Notes under the pieces: generated by a model
What the model was told of the DNA's origin: nothing
What the model saw: the letters and a program-made list of their open reading frames with translations, nothing else
Database searches by the model: none
Source: the human T2T-CHM13v2.0 reference genome, Homo sapiens
Length of the DNA: 64,000 nucleotides
Direction: 5' to 3' (one strand)
Assembly: GCF_009914755.1 (NCBI RefSeq)
Contig: NC_060939.1
Shown here: positions 57,546 through 64,000 of the stretch, piece after piece
How the letters are laid out: the number at the start of each line of letters is the position of its first letter
Numbering within the stretch: position 1 is the first letter of the stretch
Made by a program: the position numbers and the translations under genes

Positions 57546-57798
57546 TAAAATAGTAACAATCAAACAGGCCCAGGGCAATTGAGTGACTTGTCTTAAAAAA
57601 TCAGCTCAGAATCTACCCTCCTGGCCTAAGATCCAGTGCCGCCCTTCCCTTTTCATCCATGTGAACAGAGAGACAGACAGACAGAGCGACAGAGTCCCTC
57701 ATTCCTCTGGTTCAAAGACCGGACGGAGTGTTGAGGGGCGTAGGCCCAGTCTTTCCAAACTCCTGGAGTGGGCGGAGGAGGAGCTAAAGACAGGCGCT

Positions 57799-57817
57799 CA
57801 TCGCCATCTGGTGGCCA
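57799..57817 (-). promoter_or_regulatory. CTCF motif
   Basis: The reverse strand reads TGGCCACCAGATGGCGATG; consensus is TGGCCACCAGGGGGCGCTA. Confidence 0.65.
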
Positions 57818-58511
57818 AATAGGGATGCCCGTCACCTGCCGCCAATTTTTGAGGAATTTATCCCACGTTATTGGGACCTTTCTCGTAGCCTCTGCTTGTT
57901 ACATTTTCCCATTTGCGAAGCACTAATTTTTGTTCATATTTCTGCTCCTCTAATTTTCCAATACGGATTTCCAGTTGCTTCGAAGAAACAGACCCAAAAG
58001 CAGATTTCTTCTCCCCAGAAACCTGATTGAGCCCAATATTCTTCGGTAATCAAGAAGAAAGAGCAAAGTCCTGCTCCCATATATTTTGCCAGGTCCCTTT
58101 GACCACCCCATGCCGGAAAACCGCTGGCCCTTCTGACTCCCTCTGGTGGAAATAAAGGAAGACCAGTGAGAAATGAGAGGAGCAAAGACATTTTGTTTAG
58201 CAGGACTTCAACGGCAAGAGCGCCAGCCACCAGGACTTGCGTGTGGCAGAGACCCACAGGCTGGCAGAGGAGCGGGAGCTTTCTAGTGGGACAAAGGGAA
58301 GGCCTCCGGGGCCTCCTGCCGGGAGGCCGTTGTCGTGGGGAAGCTGGGGGGCCTCGCTGCAGGCTGGGCATCCTATGGGATTGGTAGGGGTGCAAAGTTG
58401 GCTCTCTCGGGTTGGTCCTAAATGGAAAGTGAGGACAAAAATTAGAGAATCGGTCAGTTATTAACCAAGTCCTGGCCATTTTAGACTGACTTTTACGGAA
58501 ATGATGGCTTA

Positions 58512-58937
<426 letters not shown>

Positions 58938-59223
58938 TTATATATTGTGTGGCCATCGTCTGTCTGTATCTCAGGCTCGCTCTGAAAGCAGCCTGTCCAC
59001 CAAGCACCCTGGCGCGGTGCGGGCAGCTGCAGGCGGCAGCTCCTCTGATCACAGGAAAGGCCGCCTTGAAGGGAGGTCAGAGACTTGGGTTTGGGAGTCA
59101 GCTTTCTTCTCCAGTCTGGGGGAGGCGCCTGGACGCTTCAGCGGTCTCCTCTGTACGTGGACAATCCCGCCGCGCTCTTCCCTGTGAGCCGCCTCTTGAG
59201 GGGCGGCACTGAGCCCGCGCCCA

Positions 59224-59242
59224 CCGGCGCCCTCTGGAGGTT
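59224..59242 (-). promoter_or_regulatory. CTCF motif in a CpG-rich patch (about 58970-59410)
   Basis: The reverse strand reads AACCTCCAGAGGGCGCCGG. Confidence 0.6.
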
Positions 59243-59491
59243 GGAGGGTGACTTGCAGGCGCTGTGCACAGATTGCCTGTGAGACGCAGGTGCCGATGGG
59301 AACAGGTAGCTCTTCTGCACCCACCACCGTGGCAGGTGCCGGCGGCCGAGAAGGACATGTGCAGGCCTCTTGGGACCCGGGCTGGAGCAGGCACACAGAC
59401 GCGCATTTGCATTAACCCTTGCTTTATTCCAAGCCCATGTGGGCCCTGAACTCACCCTCCACATGTGCTTTTCCTTTCTTTCCACCACCAG

Positions 59492-59718
59492 GCTCTCCGT
59501 GTGAAATGGTCCCATCTCAGACTGCCCTGGGTAGACCTAGACTGGCTCATAGACATCTCCTGCCAGATCACGGAGCTCGACCTTTCTGCCAACTGCCTGG
59601 CGACCCTCCCCTCGGTTATCCCCTGGGGCCTCATCAATCTCCGGAAGCTGAACCTCTCCGACAACCACCTGGGGGAGCTGCCTGGCGTGCAGTCATCGGA
59701 CGAAATCATCTGTTCCAG
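59492..59718 (+). CDS. LRRK1: LRRK1 coding exon (probably exon 7; 227 nt, phase 0-2), first LRRs ALRVKWSHL...[15 protein letters not shown]...[15 protein letters not shown]...ICS(R)
   Basis: Acceptor ctttccaccaccag|GCT and donor CAG|gtggct. LxxLxLxxNxL motifs. Confidence 0.97.
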
Positions 59719-60222
59719 GTGGCTCCCCGGGGTGTGACCGGAGCCGTGTGTGACCCCGCTGTCACCGTTGTGCTCCTGCACATGCTCCCGGGTTGTATTT
59801 TGTGGTTTTGGGGGAAAAATGTTCTGGCTAAAATAGGAGAAGGAGTTTTGCCTACCCTGAGGCAAGCCTCCCTTTCAGGTTAAAACAGAGAGGTTTAGAG
59901 AGATCATTTGTCTGGCCCAAGTTTACACAGCTCACCCGGGGACATGCGAATGCTTGCCTGAGATGCTTGTCTTGGTCCTGCCCAGGAATCAGATGAGGGC
60001 AGCCAAACCTTCCCACACTGGTGGATGCAATGGGGCTCTGAGGCACCAGCTTTTACTCTGCCTTCCAGGGAAAGTGGGAAGGGCCTCAGAGAAAGGGTTA
60101 ACTCTGCAGGACTCTGGCAGCAGGTGGACAGTGTGGGCAGTCCAGGCTTGCTTCTTCTGGAGGCCTTGGAGGGAGACCTGAGCCTTACCCCTGAGCTTGC
60201 ATGGAAGGAGGAATGACCTTAG

Positions 60223-60540
<318 letters not shown>

Positions 60541-61104
60541 TGATTTCTTTTGGACACATAACTGCAAGTCCTCATTCCATAAAGGGTTGAATCGATTTTT
60601 AAAATGAAAAACCAAGGCTCTAAGTGAAGCAAGAGTCAAGAATGTTGGAAAGAGCTTGGGGTAGGCATTAATCCATGGGACTCCCAAGTGAGAACGGGAA
60701 AGAAGCCTGCACACCAGAACTTAAAAAGCAAGTGCCGTCCAAGTGAGGCCCTTCACCTGGGCCAGATGGACAGGTCCAGAAGGTTCAAAGCCCTGCTCTG
60801 TGGTCTCAGCAGCTTTCAGGGAACCTACTCATTTTGCTATTACATGCCTGCGAAGGATTCGAATCCCTGTTGGTCAGTGGAGCCAGGGCCCACCGATGAG
60901 AGGTTTGTCTTTATCTACACAGGACACAGTAAGAGTTCTTCAAAAGAATTAAAAATCATATGCACTACATTTTCAATGCACACTCTTTAACCTTGCATGG
61001 GGAGAAAAAGAAAAAAAATACACCTCTTGGTTTATAGAAAAATATGTAAATTTGGTGTTTTCCCTCTTTATTCTGATGCCTGCCTTCCTTCTTCTCCATC
61101 GCAG

Positions 61105-61232
61105 GCTACTTGAAATTGACATTTCCAGCAACAAGTTGTCCCACCTCCCTCCTGGATTCTTGCACCTCTCAAAACTTCAAAAACTGACAGCTTCAAAAAA
61201 TTGTTTAGAAAAATTGTTCGAAGAAGAAAATG
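61105..61232 (+). CDS. LRRK1: LRRK1 coding exon (probably exon 8; 128 nt, phase 2-1): [42 protein letters not shown]
   Basis: Acceptor cttctccatcgcag|G and donor AATG|gtatgt. LRR motifs. Confidence 0.97.
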
Positions 61233-61327
61233 GTATGTTTTCTCATCAACTTGAGTGAATTAGTCATTTTCTTCTTGGTAGGGATATTTTTACCAATTCA
61301 TACTTTGTGTCTTTTTTTTTTTTTTAG

Positions 61328-61491
61328 CCACTAACTGGATAGGTTTACGGAAGCTACAGGAACTTGATATATCTGACAATAAATTGACAGAACTCCCTGC
61401 CCTGTTCCTTCACTCTTTCAAGTCCCTCAATTCTCTGAATGTCTCCAGAAACAACCTGAAGGTGTTTCCAGATCCCTGGGCCTGCCCTTTG
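61328..61491 (+). CDS. LRRK1: LRRK1 coding exon (probably exon 9; 164 nt, phase 1-0): (A)[23 protein letters not shown]...[22 protein letters not shown]
   Basis: Acceptor (t)14ag|CC and donor TTG|gtgagt. LRR motifs; the upstream intron is 95 nt. Confidence 0.97.
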
Positions 61492-61840
61492 GTGAGTATC
61501 ACACCAAAAGTCATGAAAGCCACAGTCAACTCTGCCTCTCAGCTGGCCTCAGAGAGCCCTCAGGTGCATTATGTCAGTTCATCCTCTCAGCAGCGAAGCC
61601 GGGTAGAAGGGCCCGGTTCCCACATTGTAAGCATCGTCACTCAGCATACAGCGAGGCTGTGTCCCAGGCAGATGACTCACCTGAAAGCCAGCCTGCCTGG
61701 CTCTGGGTTCAAGAGCCACCCAGCAACACCCACAGAACTTTACCCAGGGACAGCTTTCACCCTGGCACAGGACGACTCATGCCTGAAAAAAGGAGGGTTC
61801 AGTTCTTTTAGGACAACTATCACATAAGAGTAAGAAATCA

Positions 61841-62149
<309 letters not shown>

Positions 62150-62238
62150 TCAATCTGCACTCGTAGCACTGCTGATTAAATGCTGTTTTTGCATCTGGGG
62201 AATTTTGCTTGTTAAAACAGATGGAATAGCATGAAGAA

Positions 62239-62273
62239 TGTGTGTGTGTGTGTGTGTGCGTGTGTGTGTGTGT
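62239..62273. repeat. (TG)n microsatellite
   Basis: tgtgtgtgtgtgtgtgtgtgcgtgtgtgtgtgtgt. Confidence 0.92.
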
Positions 62274-62663
62274 TATGGCTGTTGGTTTTAAACCAGGAAA
62301 CTCTTCATCACTGGCATTAACATTCCTAGTTTGGCCATTCGTGTAGGGGAAACCAGCTTCTCTCTCCAGTGTGGTCCTGAATTGTTCCATTATTTCCAAG
62401 GACAATGGGCCGGATGTTCTGGAATGAAGGAAAAAGACCATGAGCTCCCCCAGGAAACCCCATTCCTGTCCCTTCCTTGGAGTAGGGGCGGGAGGACAAG
62501 GACAGTGAGGGTGTGCAGCCTTCCAGCAACACTCAGTCATCTTCATTACAGGACATTATTGTAATGGTCCATTTTTAACATCAAATTTGGAAACAGTCTC
62601 AAAGGCACCACTGCATTTAAAGAGCTAACTAATATACATTTTTTTTTCTCGTCAATCTCTTAG

Positions 62664-62801
62664 AAATGTTGTAAAGCTTCCAGAAATGCCCTGGAATGTC
62701 TGCCAGACAAAATGGCTGTCTTTTGGAAAAATCACCTGAAGGATGTGGATTTCTCAGAAAACGCACTCAAAGAAGTTCCCCTGGGACTTTTCCAGCTTGA
62801 T
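62664..62801 (+). CDS. LRRK1: LRRK1 coding exon (probably exon 10; 138 nt, phase 0-0): [46 protein letters not shown]
   Basis: Acceptor tcaatctcttag|AAA and donor GAT|gtaagc. LRR motif [11 protein letters not shown]. Not in the ORF track. Confidence 0.96.
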
Positions 62802-64000
62802 GTAAGCCTAATAGCCCTTTCTTTCTCATTTTCGGCTTTTGAGAGAAAATTGCTCCGTGTTGCAGTGAAATGTATGTGCTTTTCCTGAGCTTCTGAGATA
62901 AATATAAGGGGAAAAGATGAAGAAAAAGTTCAGCTATCAAAAATATGCATGGCCACGAACAGCGATGAGGGTGGCACGTGGACAGCAGAAGCAGCTGTGT
63001 CAGGTGGTGGTGGGGTTATGGTTCGTATCCCTCGGGACTTTCTTTAAGTCCACGGCCTGCCCATATATGAGGCTGAGTGGACACTGAGAGCTCCAGGAAG
63101 GGCCTTTCCACGGAACCCTGTGTGCCTACCCCAGAATACGGGTACCTTCTCGCTTTAGGTTGTTTTAGGTGGTTGGCGGGTCCTTAGGCAGACAGGCCGT
63201 GGATCACACTCATTGCTTGGAGCTCAGGGCCAACCCCAGAAGGGGCCCCATCAGGGCAGCCTCACCAGGGGCCCTGTAGTGGACCCCCAGGCAGAGTGCC
63301 CAGGCTTCAGCCCCCGGTCCTGCCAGGCCACTGCCAGGACCCCCACGGGCACTCCTCCAAGGCCTGGTGCAGCCTCTTGTGTGCGGCGACCCCCACAAGG
63401 CAGCGAAGGCCCCTTCAGCATGTGTATCCTCAGAGAGGATGGGCTATCATGTCCTAGGCTCCTGACAAGCACAGGGCAAAGCCAGGGACCCAGGGACAGG
63501 ACTCACGCTTCTCAGAAGAAAGGAGCCACGCGGGGTGCCCCCGGGGGGGGGGTGGTCCCACATCATACTCCTCGCAGGGTACTCCTGGCCTTCAGGCCTT
63601 GTCCACAGCCCCTGGGCCCCTGTTCTGAGTCTGTCTTCTCGTATTTCACACCAACAACTAGCAGGCTTGGATTTTTGGCTTCCCCCAAAGCCCAGAAGCA
63701 GCAAATCAGGAGAGGCAGAGCCTTGTCCAGAGCTTCACTGTGGGCCTGCAGGGAATGTGTCTGCTCGAGGTCTCCTTCTCCACACTGGGAAGGGGTGGGT
63801 GGGTATGTGGGGGCTTGGGGGACCCTGAGGTCTGGCACATGGCAGGGTCTCCATAGAATTTCAGCAGGAGGGGGCTGGCTGCAGCGGTTCTGATGGTGGG
63901 CGGTGGCGTGAGCCCCTTCAACAAGGAAGGAGACAGAAGCACCAGGAGGAGAGAATTTAATGTGGGGCAGCAAACAGCCTGTGGCCCTCCTGAGGCCGCC

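Noticed and set aside
63213-63893. 226-aa ORF
   Set aside because: GC-rich intron, non-ATG start, no domain, and it does not match the recalled LRRK1 continuation (ALMFLRLQGN...), which lies beyond the window.

Overview
Human (primate) genomic DNA lying inside LRRK1 (leucine-rich repeat kinase 1), + strand. Eight consecutive coding exons splice in frame with GT-AG boundaries: 24465-24628, 34189-34360, 39294-39473, 39913-40061, 59492-59718, 61105-61232, 61328-61491 and 62664-62801. They are probably exons 3-10 (numbering from recall of the canonical protein) and encode the N-terminal ankyrin repeats and the first leucine-rich repeats. The start codon lies upstream of the window and the ROC-COR/kinase/WD40 exons lie downstream. 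The rest is intron, rich in L1, 20 Alus, MIR/L2, LTRs (MST, THE1, MLT1, LTR22, an LTR37-like ERV1), hAT DNA transposon remnants and microsatellites, with an intragenic CpG island over the first exon seen. No convincing new protein-coding system is present; nearly all short ORFs in the track are repeat or GC artefacts. The least ordinary signals are: several locally templated insertions (a 68-bp direct copy, a ~195-bp inverted copy, a 25-bp copy with fold-back, a fold-back inside THE1, and a hairpin-jointed 78-bp minisatellite); an LTR with strand-specific C loss suggestive of deaminase hypermutation; a candidate poison exon; two co-oriented strong CTCF motifs; a pre-miRNA-sized hairpin; and a perfect nested palindrome. 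Repeat subfamily names are from memory of consensus sequences and repeat boundaries are approximate.
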